Shown: positions 9,558 through 19,887 of the stretch, in pieces
Layout of the letters: each line of letters begins with the position of its first letter
How positions within the stretch are numbered: position 1 is the first letter of the stretch
NCBI GenBank assembly: GCA_965228475.1
Contig: OZ245817.1
Span: 2,112,001 to 2,176,000, forward strand
DNA: 64,000 nt
Origin: Myxococcota bacterium
GTDB lineage: Bacteria > Myxococcota_A > UBA9160 > JAFDDA01
Direction of reading: 5' to 3'
The notes under the pieces: model-generated
Seen by the model: the letters and a program-made list of their open reading frames with translations, nothing else
Database searches by the model: none
What the model was told of the DNA's origin: nothing
Translations under genes and position numbers: made by a program

Positions 9558-11441
9558 CTAGCGCTGGGGATCGATCCGGACGTGGCGCCGGAGGTGCTCG
9601 CGGACGCGGCCGCGCTCCTCGCCCGCCAGACAGATGCGCGCCCAGACGTCGAGCAGCAGCAGGCGCAGGCGCAGGCCCGGATCGCCTTCGGCGACGACGT
9701 GACCGAGGGTCTCGGCGTCGAGCCCGAAGTGCTCCGCGACGAAGGAGCCCGCGAGGGCGTCCGCGTCGTACCGCATGCGCTCGAAGGCGCTCACCGGGAA
9801 GCCCATCTTCCGGCGCTGGGAGAGCTCGCGCGGGAGATAGCGATCGGCCACCTGACGCACGACCCACTTGTCCCGGAAGAACGGATGCGCGCGCTCGAGG
9901 GTGCGCGGGGAGAAGCGGATCTTGTAGCGGCGCGGCAGGTTGACGGCGAAGCGCACGAGCGGTTCGTGGAGGAACGGGAAGCGCGCCTCGATGCTCGCCG
10001 CCATGCCGAGGCGATCGTTGCGGTGGAGCAGGGTGCGCAGGTGATACCCGAGCAGGTCGAGGGTCCGGGCGTTGCCTCCGGGCTTTCGGCCGAGGGCCTC
10101 GGACCAGACGCGCCGGTTGGCCTCCTCTTCGCTCTCCCGCTCGCGGCCGTCGAGGAGCCAGAGTGCCGCGGGCACCGGCCCCTCCGGCGGCGGCAGGAGG
10201 CGGCGGCCGAGGCCGGGGATCGCGCGAACGGCCCGGGCCGCGCGCTCGAGCCAGCCCTTCCAGGCGCGCTCGACCGGCTCCTGGGTGAGCCAGGCGTAGC
10301 CGAGGAAGCACTCGTCCGAGCCCTCCCCGGAGAGCACGCCCTTCACGCCGTGCTCCCGGACGAGGCGGGAAACCGCAAGGAACGGGCCCGAGTTCGGGTG
10401 ATAGCTGAAGGGTTGCTCGTAGTGGGCGACGACGTCGGGGGCGGAGTCCAGGAAATCCGCGTCGCGAAGCTCGACCTTCGCGAGGTCGAGCTTCAGGTGA
10501 TCGGCCAGCCGGCGGGCGGCTTCGTACTCGCTTCCGGGGCCGACGACGTCCGCGTGGAAGATGGCGAGGTCGCCGTGGCGCCGGGCGGCCATGGCCATCA
10601 GCAGCGAGGAGTCGATCCCGCCGCTGCACAGCGCGCCGACGGCGGCGTCGGCGAAGAGCATCTGGTCGACGGCGTCCTGCAGGAGTGCGTCCGCGCGGTC
10701 GACGATGGCCGTCGCCCCGAGGTGTTCGAGGCTCTCACTCTCGTCCGGGTCGAGCCAATCGCGGGCCTGGAAGAAGACCCCGGGCCGGGCCTCGGCGCCG
10801 CCGAGGGTCCAGGTGAGGGTCGCGCCCGGCGGCAGGTTCCGCACGCCGGCGAAGAGGCTGCGCTCGCGCATCGGCGCCGGGGTCCCCAGCACGTAGCTGG
10901 CCAGGGCGTTCGGGTCCGGCGCGGGCGCGCTCCACGGGGCGAAGGCCGCCACCTCGGAGGCGAAGTAGAGTGCGTGCTCGTCCTCGAACAGACAGAGCGG
11001 TTTGATGCCGAAGCGGTCGCGCGCGAGCAGGACGCTTCCGGCCTCCCGGTCGTAGAAGGCGAAGGCGAACATGCCTTCGAGGCGGGCCAGGGTGGCGTCG
11101 GGCCCCCACTGGATGAGCGCGTGGAGGATGACCTCCGTATCGCTCGTGCTGCGAAACTTCACACCCGCGGCGTGGAGCTCCTCGCGCATCGGGCGGAAGT
11201 TGTAGACCTCGCCGTTGTAGACGAGGCAATGCCGCTGGTCGTCGCTCCAGAAGGGCTGCTGGCCCGCCGGCGAGAGATCGACGAGCGCGAGGCGCGTGTG
11301 CACGAAGCCGAGGCCGGGCTGGCGGTGGATGCCGGCCGCATCGGGCCCGCGATGGCCCAGCCGCCTGGCGGTGGCCTCGAGGCGGGCTTCGTCCGGGACG
11401 TGGCTCGCGTCTCGCGGAAGGACGCCGAAGATTCCGCACAT
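9558..11441 (-). CDS. asnB: Asparagine synthase (glutamine-hydrolysing) family amidotransferase
   Basis: MCGIFG start at 11441; HRGPD, YNGEVYN, RDRFGIKPL, SGGIDSS, SGEGSDE, IEARFPFL. Confidence 0.92.
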   Translation of the reverse strand: MCGIFGVLPRDASHVPDEARLEATARRLGHRGPDAAGIHRQPGLGFVHTRLALVDLSPAGQQPFWSDDQRHCLVYNGEVYNFRPMREELHAAGVKFRSTSDTEVILHALIQWGPDATLARLEGMFAFAFYDREAGSVLLARDRFGIKPLCLFEDEHALYFASEVAAFAPWSAPAPDPNALASYVLGTPAPMRERSLFAGVRNLPPGATLTWTLGGAEARPGVFFQARDWLDPDESESLEHLGATAIVDRADALLQDAVDQMLFADAAVGALCSGGIDSSLLMAMAARRHGDLAIFHADVVGPGSEYEAARRLADHLKLDLAKVELRDADFLDSAPDVVAHYEQPFSYHPNSGPFLAVSRLVREHGVKGVLSGEGSDECFLGYAWLTQEPVERAWKGWLERAARAVRAIPGLGRRLLPPPEGPVPAALWLLDGRERESEEEANRRVWSEALGRKPGGNARTLDLLGYHLRTLLHRNDRLGMAASIEARFPFLHEPLVRFAVNLPRRYKIRFSPRTLERAHPFFRDKWVVRQVADRYLPRELSQRRKMGFPVSAFERMRYDADALAGSFVAEHFGLDAETLGHVVAEGDPGLRLRLLLLDVWARICLAGEERGRVREHLRRHVRIDPQR

Positions 11442-11647
11442 TGCCGAGCGTTTGCTCCCGAGGCTGCCTTCGGCCGTGGCCGGGTTCGCGATCGAGCGTA
11501 ACCAACCCCTGGTTCGGCGCATCGCCCGCGGAGCTGAAACGAACCCTTGCCCTTGCGAGTGTGGCCGCGGGCAAACGAAACGGGCGGCCCGCACGCGAGC
11601 CGCCCGTTCGATCGATCATGCCCTAGCGCGTGCCAGGGCCTCCCGCG

Positions 11648-13564
11648 CTAGGGCAGGAGGATGGGCGCGGCCGGCGGCTGCGGGCCGTTGCCGCCGCCGC
11701 CTCCGGCCTGGCAGGCCGAGGCGCCGACCTCGTGGGCGCCGACGTCGAAGCCCGCGCCCTCGGCGCGGCAGTGGCGGTAGAAGTCGACGTGGACGAAGTC
11801 GCCCTGGTTCGCGGCCAGGTCGTGGCCGGCGTCGATCGCGGCCATCCCCGGCGTGAGCTTGAAGTCCTCGGGCCCGTCGAGCTGGGAGGCGCTCGCGATG
11901 AACGGGTGCCCGCCGTACTCCGAGCCGTCCCGCATGTTGCCGTGGGTCGTCCAGCCGCCGCCGGTGGCGAGCGTCTTGGTCGAGCTCGGCACCCACATCA
12001 GGTTGTTGGCGCAGAGGTGGGAGCTGCCGCCGGCGGAGTTCCGGCACATCACGGTCTGATGGGCCGCGCCGTTCCAGGCCACGGTGTTGTGGGTCACCGT
12101 GTGGTTGTCCCGGTTCGCCTGGGCGCCGCCGAGGGTCGGGCCGCGGTTGCTGATCTCGAGGATCGCCGTGTTCCAGGCTGTCGGCAGGTTCGTCAGGTTG
12201 AAGATGTTGTTGCGGACCGTCATGTCCGAGCCTTCGAGCCACAGGGCGCTGTTGAGCTGCGACGTCCCCGACGACGAGTAGTCGAAGTCGAAGTAGTTGC
12301 GCTCGAAGATGAAGTTCTCGGTCTGGTTGCCGTTGCTTCCGCCGAGGTTGCACTCGTGGTCGAGGCAGGTGCGGATCACCCGCGAGCCGGTCCGGTTGGT
12401 GAGCCGGTTGTCGGAGATGATGTTGTACTGATCCCGCACGTCACCGGAGCAGCCCGCCTCGGACTTTCCGCAGGCGCGGAAGGTGAACAGTCCGCCGTAG
12501 TTCGAGCTGACCGAGCGCCCGTGCTGGTAGACCGTGTGGCTCATCCGCATGCTGCGGAAGGGCGGCGTGCTGGCGCCCGAGCCGTCGATGTCGAGGCCCA
12601 GGTACATGGTGTCGACGCTGCGGTGCCAGATCCAGCGGACGTTGCCCCGCGGCCGGCACGAGATCTCGACGAAGGCGAGGCCGCGCGGGTGCGGGTTCGA
12701 CCGGTTCCAGAAGTCGATGCAGGCGAACACGTCGTTCATGTTCAGGTCGTAGCCGAGCGCGTGGTTCACGATCGCCGACGAGTTGCCGGGCTGGCCGATG
12801 GGCGTGCCGCCGCCCTGGAAGTCGAGCCCGGTCACGCGCCAATCCGTGCGCAGCTCGATCAGGACCTGGTCGTGGCTCCCGGTCGAGTTCATGCGCGGGC
12901 GCGCGCCGCTGCCGAAGGCGCCGATGTGGACCGGGCCCGCGGTGTTGTTCGCGTAGATGCCGATGGAGAAGGAGTCCCCGCGGCGGAAGAGGTGGCGCGT
13001 GTTCGGGCCCATGCGGCCCGAGAGCGCCGAGTTGAAGCTGCTGACGCCCGAGACCTGGTTGGAGCCCGACGGGCAGCCCGAGAAGTTGCTGCCGTTGGCG
13101 TAGCAGTAGGTCGCGGCCCAGTTGTGTTCGTCGTTGCCCTCGACGGTGATCGTCGTCGAGCGCGTGATCGACTCGCCGGCCGGGTTGGTGATGGTGACCG
13201 TGACGTCGTAGGTCCCGCCCTCGGTGAAGAGGTGGCCGGCGACGGCGCCGATCGCCTGGTTCTTGCTCTGGCCCGAGAAGGTCCAGGAGCCCGAGCCGGG
13301 ATCGTCGAAGTTCCACTCGTAGTGGAGCGTGTGGAACGGGCGCTGCACCGAGGAGTCCGTGGCCGCGCTGGCGTCGAAGTGGACGGCGAGCGGGGCGACG
13401 CCGCTCGTGCGGCTCACGCGGATGTTCGAGAGCGACGGTGCGGCCGCGGCTTCCAAGGAGAAGCCGAGCAGCAGGACGAAGCTCAACAATGCAGTGGCGC
13501 CCCAGGACCGCGGCGAAGCGGACGGGTGGGACCGGAACCAGGAAGACGGATGGCAGCGAGCCAT
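11648..13564 (-). CDS. Secreted PKD-domain / right-handed beta-helix protein with choice-of-anchor Q-like C-terminus
   Basis: Signal peptide; SGVAPLAVHFDAS..YEWNFDD..GTYDVTVT PKD motif; Asn-rich repeats; DFKLTPGMAAIDAG..FDVGAHE. Confidence 0.75.
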   Translation of the reverse strand: MARCHPSSWFRSHPSASPRSWGATALLSFVLLLGFSLEAAAAPSLSNIRVSRTSGVAPLAVHFDASAATDSSVQRPFHTLHYEWNFDDPGSGSWTFSGQSKNQAIGAVAGHLFTEGGTYDVTVTITNPAGESITRSTTITVEGNDEHNWAATYCYANGSNFSGCPSGSNQVSGVSSFNSALSGRMGPNTRHLFRRGDSFSIGIYANNTAGPVHIGAFGSGARPRMNSTGSHDQVLIELRTDWRVTGLDFQGGGTPIGQPGNSSAIVNHALGYDLNMNDVFACIDFWNRSNPHPRGLAFVEISCRPRGNVRWIWHRSVDTMYLGLDIDGSGASTPPFRSMRMSHTVYQHGRSVSSNYGGLFTFRACGKSEAGCSGDVRDQYNIISDNRLTNRTGSRVIRTCLDHECNLGGSNGNQTENFIFERNYFDFDYSSSGTSQLNSALWLEGSDMTVRNNIFNLTNLPTAWNTAILEISNRGPTLGGAQANRDNHTVTHNTVAWNGAAHQTVMCRNSAGGSSHLCANNLMWVPSSTKTLATGGGWTTHGNMRDGSEYGGHPFIASASQLDGPEDFKLTPGMAAIDAGHDLAANQGDFVHVDFYRHCRAEGAGFDVGAHEVGASACQAGGGGGNGPQPPAAPILLP

Positions 13565-13913
13565 GCGGTGAACCCCCAACGAAGACAATGGCAGAACTCC
13601 CGGACCGGACGCCACCGCGCCCAGTCGCTTCACCTTGAAGCGGGTGCTGGGAGAGACGGGTGGCTCAAGGGCGGACGCCCGGCTGTATGAGGGGGTATCG
13701 GTTGTGACACCGCCGACCGGCGTGATTCTCCACACCAATCGACTTCGGAGCGCATTTTCGGCGATTTTGCCGCTCTTCTGCACAGGAACGAAACGTTCTG
13801 CACACGAACGGGCACCACCGGCCTGCCGCTCGCGGGAGCTTGTAGTCCAGCTGCGGGCCGATTGCTAGCTTGCGAGCCCTCGCGATTTCGGCGGGTTTCC
13901 CGGGAGGAGGGCG

Positions 13914-15029
13914 ATGCGAGGCCTGATGGTACGGCTGGCAGCCTTGGCGGCGAGCGCGCTCCTGGCGCTGGTCCTGCTCGAATGCGGCGTCGTGGGCCTG
14001 ATCGGAGAACAGCCGAAGTTCCCGCGCCACGTGGTCGGCGCCGAGTTCGGCGTGCGCGTGAACGAGCCCGGGGCCCGCTATCGCCATCGCTCGGCGGACG
14101 TCGACGTCGGCTTCTCGATCAACTCCCGCGGGCTCCGGGACACCCGCGAGTTCGACTACGAGAAACCGCCGGGCCGGAGCCGGATCGTCTCCCTCGGAGA
14201 CTCCTTCACGGTCGGCTACGAGGTCGAGGCGGAGGAGACCTTCTCGCAGGTGCTCGAGGCCCGGCTGCGCGCGGCCGGCCACGACGTCGAGGTCCTGAAC
14301 GCGGGCGTCTCGGGCTACAGCAACGCCGAAGCGCTGCTCTACCTCGAGCGCGAGCTGCTCCGCTACGAGCCCGACGTGGTGGTGCTCTCCTTCTTCGGCA
14401 ACGATCTCGTCGACAACCGGCGGACGGGGCTCTTCCGGCTCGAAGACGGCGCGCTCGTTCCGGTGGCCGAGGGCTATGTGCCGGCGGGGGGCCTCGGAAA
14501 CTTCCTGAACACCAACCCGGTGTTCAACTGGTTCAGCGAGCACTCGAACGCCTTCGTCCTGGTGAAAGAGAAGGCGACCCACCTGGTGAAGCGCCGGATG
14601 GTGGCGCGCAACGTCGCGAACCTCGAAGCGGCCTCGGCCGAGCCGTCCGATGCCGAGCCCGCCGCGAGCGAGGGCGGCGGCGAGACCGGCGAAGACGCCG
14701 ACGCCCGGCTGGCCGCGGCCCTGATCGAGCGGATGTACGAGGTCGCGCGGGGGGCGGGGGCGGCCTTCCTCGTTCACAGCATCCCGTCGCCCGTGCCCGG
14801 CATCGAGCCGGAGCGGCTGCTCGAGCTCTTCCCCGTCGATCTCGTCGACTTCACGCGCGAGGGGATCGCCTTCGTGCCGAGCCAGCCGCTGCTCGAGCCG
14901 CTGCGCGAGCGGGAGCTCCTCTACTACACGCGCTCCCACGGCCACTGGACGCCCGCGGCCCACCGCGTCGCCGGCGAGGCGCTCGCCGAGGCGATCACTG
15001 CGCGGGGATGGCTTCCGTCGGGAGGCTAG
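13914..15029 (+). CDS. SGNH/GDSL hydrolase family protein (possible polysaccharide O-acetyltransferase or esterase)
   Basis: N-terminal TM; INSRGLRD, LGDSFTVG, NAGVSGY, GNDLVDN, HGHWTPAAH. Confidence 0.85.
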   Translation: MRGLMVRLAALAASALLALVLLECGVVGLIGEQPKFPRHVVGAEFGVRVNEPGARYRHRSADVDVGFSINSRGLRDTREFDYEKPPGRSRIVSLGDSFTVGYEVEAEETFSQVLEARLRAAGHDVEVLNAGVSGYSNAEALLYLERELLRYEPDVVVLSFFGNDLVDNRRTGLFRLEDGALVPVAEGYVPAGGLGNFLNTNPVFNWFSEHSNAFVLVKEKATHLVKRRMVARNVANLEAASAEPSDAEPAASEGGGETGEDADARLAAALIERMYEVARGAGAAFLVHSIPSPVPGIEPERLLELFPVDLVDFTREGIAFVPSQPLLEPLRERELLYYTRSHGHWTPAAHRVAGEALAEAITARGWLPSGG

Positions 15030-16416
15030 CGGCGCGCGCGGCTCGCGGGCGCCGCCGTCGGGCGTAGAGCAGCTGGCGCACGGTGGCGTGGAGCGCCCCT
15101 GCGAGGAAGATCGGGAAGCTCGTGTAGAAGCCGTTCGGGAGCTGGTCGAGCGCCCGCACGAGGATGATCGCCGCCGTCCCGACCACGATGATCCGGTCTC
15201 CGCGCCCGCGGATGCGCGAAAGGTTGCGGGCGGCGGACGTCGCGGGCCAGAGGTAGAGGATGTACCAGCACAGGAGCCCGGCCACGCCCCGGGAGCCCAG
15301 CTGGATGATCCACGCGCCGTCCGGGACGGTATCGCTCACGCCGGTGACCGGGTCGTAGATCCAGTTGCGGGCGTATCCGCCCCAGCCGAACCACGGCCGC
15401 TCGCGCCAGCGGTCGAGCATCCGGTCCTCGTTCTCGAAGCGGAAGTTCAGGGAGCCCGCCCGGGTCTCGTCGAAGGCCGCCGCGGTCTCGACCAGCAGGC
15501 CGGTGGGGAAGGTCTCCGTCATCCGCAGGGCCGGGTAGATCGCGATGAAGGCGACGATCACGAGACACATCCGTCCGAGCCACTGGGTGGGGAGGAGCGA
15601 GAGGACCGGCAGGAAGACGAGCCCCCAGACCGCGGCCGCAATGCTCTTGCACAGCAGCAGGATGCCGAGCAGATAGAACGAGAGCGGCCGGGCCGGGACG
15701 CCGACCACGCGCGCCCGGATCCTCGCGAGCAGGGTCGCCCCCATCACCGTCGTGGCCATGAAGACGCCGACCGCGATGCCGCTCTCCATGAAGACGGTCG
15801 GGCGATAGCCCCCGAAGCGGATGTTCTTCGCGAACTGGTTCTGGTGGTAGCCGTAGATCCAGTTGTGGAGCTGGGGCGAGAGCCGAAGCTCGATCAGGAT
15901 CAGCCCCGTGTAGATCACGCCCCCGGCGACGAGCAGCATCAGGACGAAGCGCAGGTCCCGCGGCGTTCGGATCAGCGCGCGGCCGAGGAAGAAGGGGAGG
16001 CCGAAGCGGATGAGGTCGTCGAAGGCCGTCGCCAGGCCGTCCCAGAGGGTGAGCCCGGGCTTCACCGTCGGGCCGTACTGCAGTACGTCGCGGTTGGTCA
16101 GGATCGTCAGGAAGCCGCAGAGCACGAGGACGAGGATCAGACCCTCGAGGCCCGAGCCGAAGCGTGCGCGGGCCAGGATCTGGGGCCGGGAGATCAGGAC
16201 TCCGGCCAGCACGCTCAGGTAGGTAATCTCCTCCTTGCCGAGGCTCGGGAGCCCCGGGAAGTCGAAGGAGATCCGTTCCGGCAGGAACAGCAGCGAGACC
16301 AGGATCAGCGCGGGCGCCGCCATGGCCGGGCGCCAGACCCGGCACGCGACCAGCGCGACCAGTGGCATGGCGATCAGGGTCGCCCAGGCCAGCAGGTTCG
16401 GCGTTCCGTAGATCAA
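14995..16416 (-). CDS. O-antigen ligase / Wzy polymerase family membrane protein
   Basis: Multi-TM; SLNFRFENE..RPWFGWGG periplasmic loop; downstream of a Wzz/Wzc pair. Confidence 0.75.
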   Translation of the reverse strand: MIYGTPNLLAWATLIAMPLVALVACRVWRPAMAAPALILVSLLFLPERISFDFPGLPSLGKEEITYLSVLAGVLISRPQILARARFGSGLEGLILVLVLCGFLTILTNRDVLQYGPTVKPGLTLWDGLATAFDDLIRFGLPFFLGRALIRTPRDLRFVLMLLVAGGVIYTGLILIELRLSPQLHNWIYGYHQNQFAKNIRFGGYRPTVFMESGIAVGVFMATTVMGATLLARIRARVVGVPARPLSFYLLGILLLCKSIAAAVWGLVFLPVLSLLPTQWLGRMCLVIVAFIAIYPALRMTETFPTGLLVETAAAFDETRAGSLNFRFENEDRMLDRWRERPWFGWGGYARNWIYDPVTGVSDTVPDGAWIIQLGSRGVAGLLCWYILYLWPATSAARNLSRIRGRGDRIIVVGTAAIILVRALDQLPNGFYTSFPIFLAGALHATVRQLLYARRRRPRAARAASLPTEAIPAQ

Positions 16417-16462
16417 TGGCGCGTCCCGAGGATCAATTCCGCGTCGCGTAGATCACGGGCTG

Positions 16463-17851
16463 CTAGGAGATCCGCGGCACGGACCCGAGCACCGGCAGAT
16501 CCGCGAGGCCCTCGACCTGGCTCGCGGAGATCAGCACCGGGTCGAGCGTCTCGAGCACCACGGCGATGCCGAGCGCCATGCCGAGGGAGACGACCAGGCC
16601 GGCGGCGAGGTACTTCCAGCGGTTCTTCGAGGGCCGCGTCGGGACCTCCGCCCAGTTGAGGACCGAGACGCGCTCGCCGTGCTGGGCGGTCTCGAGGCTC
16701 TGGGCGAGCTCGGCCTCCTGCACTTTCCGCAGGTAGTCGACGTAGGTCTCGCGCAGCACCTCGGCCTTCTCCTCGAGAGCGGAGAGCGCCTCGGAGCGCG
16801 AAGGCGTGCGCGCGACCTGGGAATCGAGGTCGCGCAGGTCCGCCTCCGTCTGGTTCAGCTGGGCCCGGAGTTCGAGCAGGGTGCCTCGCTCCGCGGCGAC
16901 CAGGGCCGCCTGGGGATTCGCCGCGACCGCCTGGGGGTTCGCGGCGATCTCGGCCTCGACCAGGGCGATCTCGTCCTTCAGCGAAGTCACGTCCGGGTGC
17001 CGTTCGGTCTTGATCGAGAGCTCGCGGGCCAGCTGGGCGCGCAGCTCCAGGAGCCGGCCGTCCGGTGTCGCCGTCGGGGCGGCTGGCGTCTGCGAGAGCT
17101 GCGCCATGCGGTTCGAGGCTTCCGCGATCTGCAGGGCCAGGGACTGCCGCTGCTCCTGGAGGCGGTCGAGCTTGCCGAGGTTCGCTTCGAGCTCCGAGGG
17201 CAGCTCGCCGCGGTAGGTCTCCTTGAATTCGCGGATCGCGGCGTTCTGGGCGCGCAGCTCCTCGTCCGCCTGTTCGAGCTGGCGACGCAGGAAGTCCGTG
17301 GTCAGCTGGGCCTGCTTCGTGCGGCTGCGGATGTTCTCGGCGGGCAGGAGACCGGCGACCTCGTTCGCCACGCCCGCGGCGGCGATCGGCGTGTCCGCCT
17401 CGAAGCGCACGGTGAAGATGCGGGCGCTGTCGGGGCCGGTGCGCGTGAAGCCGGCGGCCGGCTGGATGCGGGTCTCGAGCCGGGCCCGCGCCACGAGCTC
17501 GCCCATCGGGACCTTGCCGCGCAGGGCGGGGTAGAGATCGTGCTTCTCGATCAGGTCGGCGAGGGTCTCGTGGGTGAGCACGCGGCCGACCAGGGCGTCG
17601 ATGCGCTGGAGGGAGTCGTCGGCCACGGTCGGCCGGACGAAGTCCTCGGGGATCTGCTGTCGTTCGACGAGGACCGAGGCCTCGGCCTCGTAGCGCGGCT
17701 TCATCATGAAGAGCAGGGCGCCCGTCGCCACGAGCCCGACCAGCCCGGCGGCCAGCATCCAGCGCCAGCGGCGGCGCACCATGCCGACCGGGTCGGAGAG
17801 GAACGCCGGAAGGCTCGAACCTCCGCCGTCGTCGAATTCGTCCATGCTCAT
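16463..17851 (-). CDS. Polysaccharide chain-length determinant (Wzz/GumC, Wzc N-terminal part)
   Basis: TM-coiled coil-TM; PRYEAEASVLVE, TERHPDV, LPVLGSVPRI. Confidence 0.88.
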   Translation of the reverse strand: MSMDEFDDGGGSSLPAFLSDPVGMVRRRWRWMLAAGLVGLVATGALLFMMKPRYEAEASVLVERQQIPEDFVRPTVADDSLQRIDALVGRVLTHETLADLIEKHDLYPALRGKVPMGELVARARLETRIQPAAGFTRTGPDSARIFTVRFEADTPIAAAGVANEVAGLLPAENIRSRTKQAQLTTDFLRRQLEQADEELRAQNAAIREFKETYRGELPSELEANLGKLDRLQEQRQSLALQIAEASNRMAQLSQTPAAPTATPDGRLLELRAQLARELSIKTERHPDVTSLKDEIALVEAEIAANPQAVAANPQAALVAAERGTLLELRAQLNQTEADLRDLDSQVARTPSRSEALSALEEKAEVLRETYVDYLRKVQEAELAQSLETAQHGERVSVLNWAEVPTRPSKNRWKYLAAGLVVSLGMALGIAVVLETLDPVLISASQVEGLADLPVLGSVPRIS

Positions 17852-18852
17852 CGGGACGGTTCCTCGTCGCTCTCGAAGTCTTCTTCGCCGCTCAGGACTT
17901 CCTCGTCGCGGCGCATGTAGTAGCCGTACTGGCTGCCGTGGCGGCTCGTGCCGGCCTCGTTCAGGTGGATGCCGATCAGCTGGTCGCGCGGGAGGAGGCC
18001 GAGGGCCTCTTCCATGTTCGAGCGGGACGTCTGCCCGGACCGGACCACGAACAGCGCAGCGCCGAAGTGCGGCATGGCCAGGGAGACGTCCGGGACGAGC
18101 AGGACCGGCGGCGTATCGGCGACGACCAGGGCGTAGCGTTCGCCGAGCTCCTCCATCGCGCGGCCGAAGGCGGCGGTGGCGAGCATCTCGTGGGCGTGCG
18201 GGATGGGGCGCACGACCGGCAGGACGTCGAGGTCCGTCATGCTCGTGCGATGGCAGGCCTCGGCGAGGTCCGCCTCGCCGCGCAGCACGGCGTCGAACCC
18301 GACCTTCGGCCGGATCCCGAGGCCGCGCGCCACGCTCGGCCGGCGCAGGTCGAGGTCCACGAGGATCACGCGGCGCCCGGCCGACATGGACGCGAGCGCC
18401 ATGGCCAGGTTGCAGCTCGTGACGGTCTTGCCTTCGTGGCGCAGCCCGCTCGTGACGGCCAGACGGTTCACACCCCGGGCCTCGAGTTCGCGGCGAACGC
18501 GCAGGGCCAGATGGCGAAAGCGCTCGGTGACGGCGCCGGGCGGAGCGGACTCCATGGCGCGCGCTTGCCAGAAGCCCGAGCGGGTGGGCCGGATTCTCAG
18601 GATCTCCCGGTTCGGATCGAGGGGGCGGGGCGCCGGCGGGGCGGGGCGCGCCGGTGCGATCCGCGGCTCCGCGGGCGGCGGGACGTCCCGCTTCCGCTCG
18701 GCATCCGGTTTCCGTTCGGCATCCGGGGTCGGGCGCAGCTCACGTTCGGCGTCCGGGTCCCTTGCCGGGGGCCGGGGCTCGCGTTCGCCGCGCTCTTCGC
18801 GCGCGGCGCGTTCGGCCCGGGCCCGGCGGAGGGCATCGGCGATCTCACCCAT
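17848..18852 (-). CDS. CpsD/CapB family BY tyrosine kinase
   Basis: ATG 18852 (MGEIADAL); TSGLRHEGKT Walker A, LVDLDLRRP, DTPPVL, C-terminal YGYY. Confidence 0.9.
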   Translation of the reverse strand: MGEIADALRRARAERAAREERGEREPRPPARDPDAERELRPTPDAERKPDAERKRDVPPPAEPRIAPARPAPPAPRPLDPNREILRIRPTRSGFWQARAMESAPPGAVTERFRHLALRVRRELEARGVNRLAVTSGLRHEGKTVTSCNLAMALASMSAGRRVILVDLDLRRPSVARGLGIRPKVGFDAVLRGEADLAEACHRTSMTDLDVLPVVRPIPHAHEMLATAAFGRAMEELGERYALVVADTPPVLLVPDVSLAMPHFGAALFVVRSGQTSRSNMEEALGLLPRDQLIGIHLNEAGTSRHGSQYGYYMRRDEEVLSGEEDFESDEEPSR

Positions 18853-19771
18853 CGGCCGGGTCCTCCGTCGAGCGCGGGGCTGGGGCGGCGGGCATCGTGC
18901 CCTCCGCCGGAGGCGCACCGGGATTCAGGGGCGCCGGATGGATGGGGCCCGGAAGGAGCGCCGCGGAGTCGGCCATGCCGCGCGCCTTCTTCTCGACCAG
19001 CTCGGCGGGCACCGGGCGCACGCTCTTCCCGTAGGCGGCGAGCAGGACGCGGTCGGCCAGCAGGTTGATCAGGCGCGGGCAGCCGCGGGAGAACTCGTAG
19101 AAGACCTTCTCGACGCCGGGCCCGAAGACCTCCTCGTAGCGGCCTCCGGCGACTTCGATGCGGTGCGTGAGGTAGGCGGTGATCTCTTCGGGCAGGAGGG
19201 ACTCCACGTGGTGTTCGAGGGCGATGCGCTGCCGCAGGGGCCGGAGGGCCGGGTCGGCGAGGGTGGCGCGCAGCTCCGGCTGTCCGGTCAGCACGATCTG
19301 CAGGAGCTTCTCCGTATCCGTCTCGAGATTCGAGAGCAGCCGCACTTCTTCGAGCGCCACGCCGTCGAGGTTCTGCGCCTCGTCGATGATCAGGACGACG
19401 TTTCGGCCGTCGGCGAGGCGGTCGAGCAGGAAGGAGTTCAGCGCGATCACGTAGTCGGCTTTGGTCTCGAGTTCACCCTTCACGCCGAGCTCGCGAACGA
19501 TCAGCTTCAGCAGGTCGAGCGGGCCGAGGCCGGCGGTGTTCAGGATCAGCGCGGTGTCGGTCTCGTCCGGCACGCGTTCGAGCGCGGCGCGCAGCAGCGT
19601 CGTCTTGCCCGCGCCGACCTCGCCGGTCAGCAGCAGGAACCCGCGGCGGCTCTCGATGCCGTAGCAGAGCGCGCCGAGGCCTTCCTCGTGCGTTTCCGAC
19701 GGCCAGAGAAATCGCGGATCCGGCGTCAGCGAGAAGGCGGATTCCCGCATGCCGAAGAACGACTCGTACAT
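18845..19771 (-). CDS. ExeA/GspA-family AAA ATPase (exosortase/EPS locus-associated)
   Basis: MYESFFGMRESAFSLTPDPRF, GEVGAGKTT, IIDEAQNL, LTGQPEL, GCPRLIN. Confidence 0.9.
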   Translation of the reverse strand: MYESFFGMRESAFSLTPDPRFLWPSETHEEGLGALCYGIESRRGFLLLTGEVGAGKTTLLRAALERVPDETDTALILNTAGLGPLDLLKLIVRELGVKGELETKADYVIALNSFLLDRLADGRNVVLIIDEAQNLDGVALEEVRLLSNLETDTEKLLQIVLTGQPELRATLADPALRPLRQRIALEHHVESLLPEEITAYLTHRIEVAGGRYEEVFGPGVEKVFYEFSRGCPRLINLLADRVLLAAYGKSVRPVPAELVEKKARGMADSAALLPGPIHPAPLNPGAPPAEGTMPAAPAPRSTEDPADG

Positions 19772-19871
19772 CGCGAAAACGTTACCTCACTTCCCAGGGC
19801 CACCCCCGGGGGGTGCGCACCGCACGCTTCCCGAGTGAGAGTCCCTTTGTGGCTCGCGAGTGACGGGCGGT

Positions 19872-19887
19872 TGCGGACGGATTGCCA
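19872..19887 (-). promoter_or_regulatory. Possible sigma54 -24/-12 promoter for the ATPase-wzc operon
   Basis: Minus strand TGGCAATCCGTCCGCA: GG-N10-GC spacing is correct but the -12 element is weak. Confidence 0.3.

Noticed and set aside
18690..18760. PDAERK-type short repeats in the tyrosine kinase N-terminus
   Set aside because: Ordinary low-complexity linker expansion.
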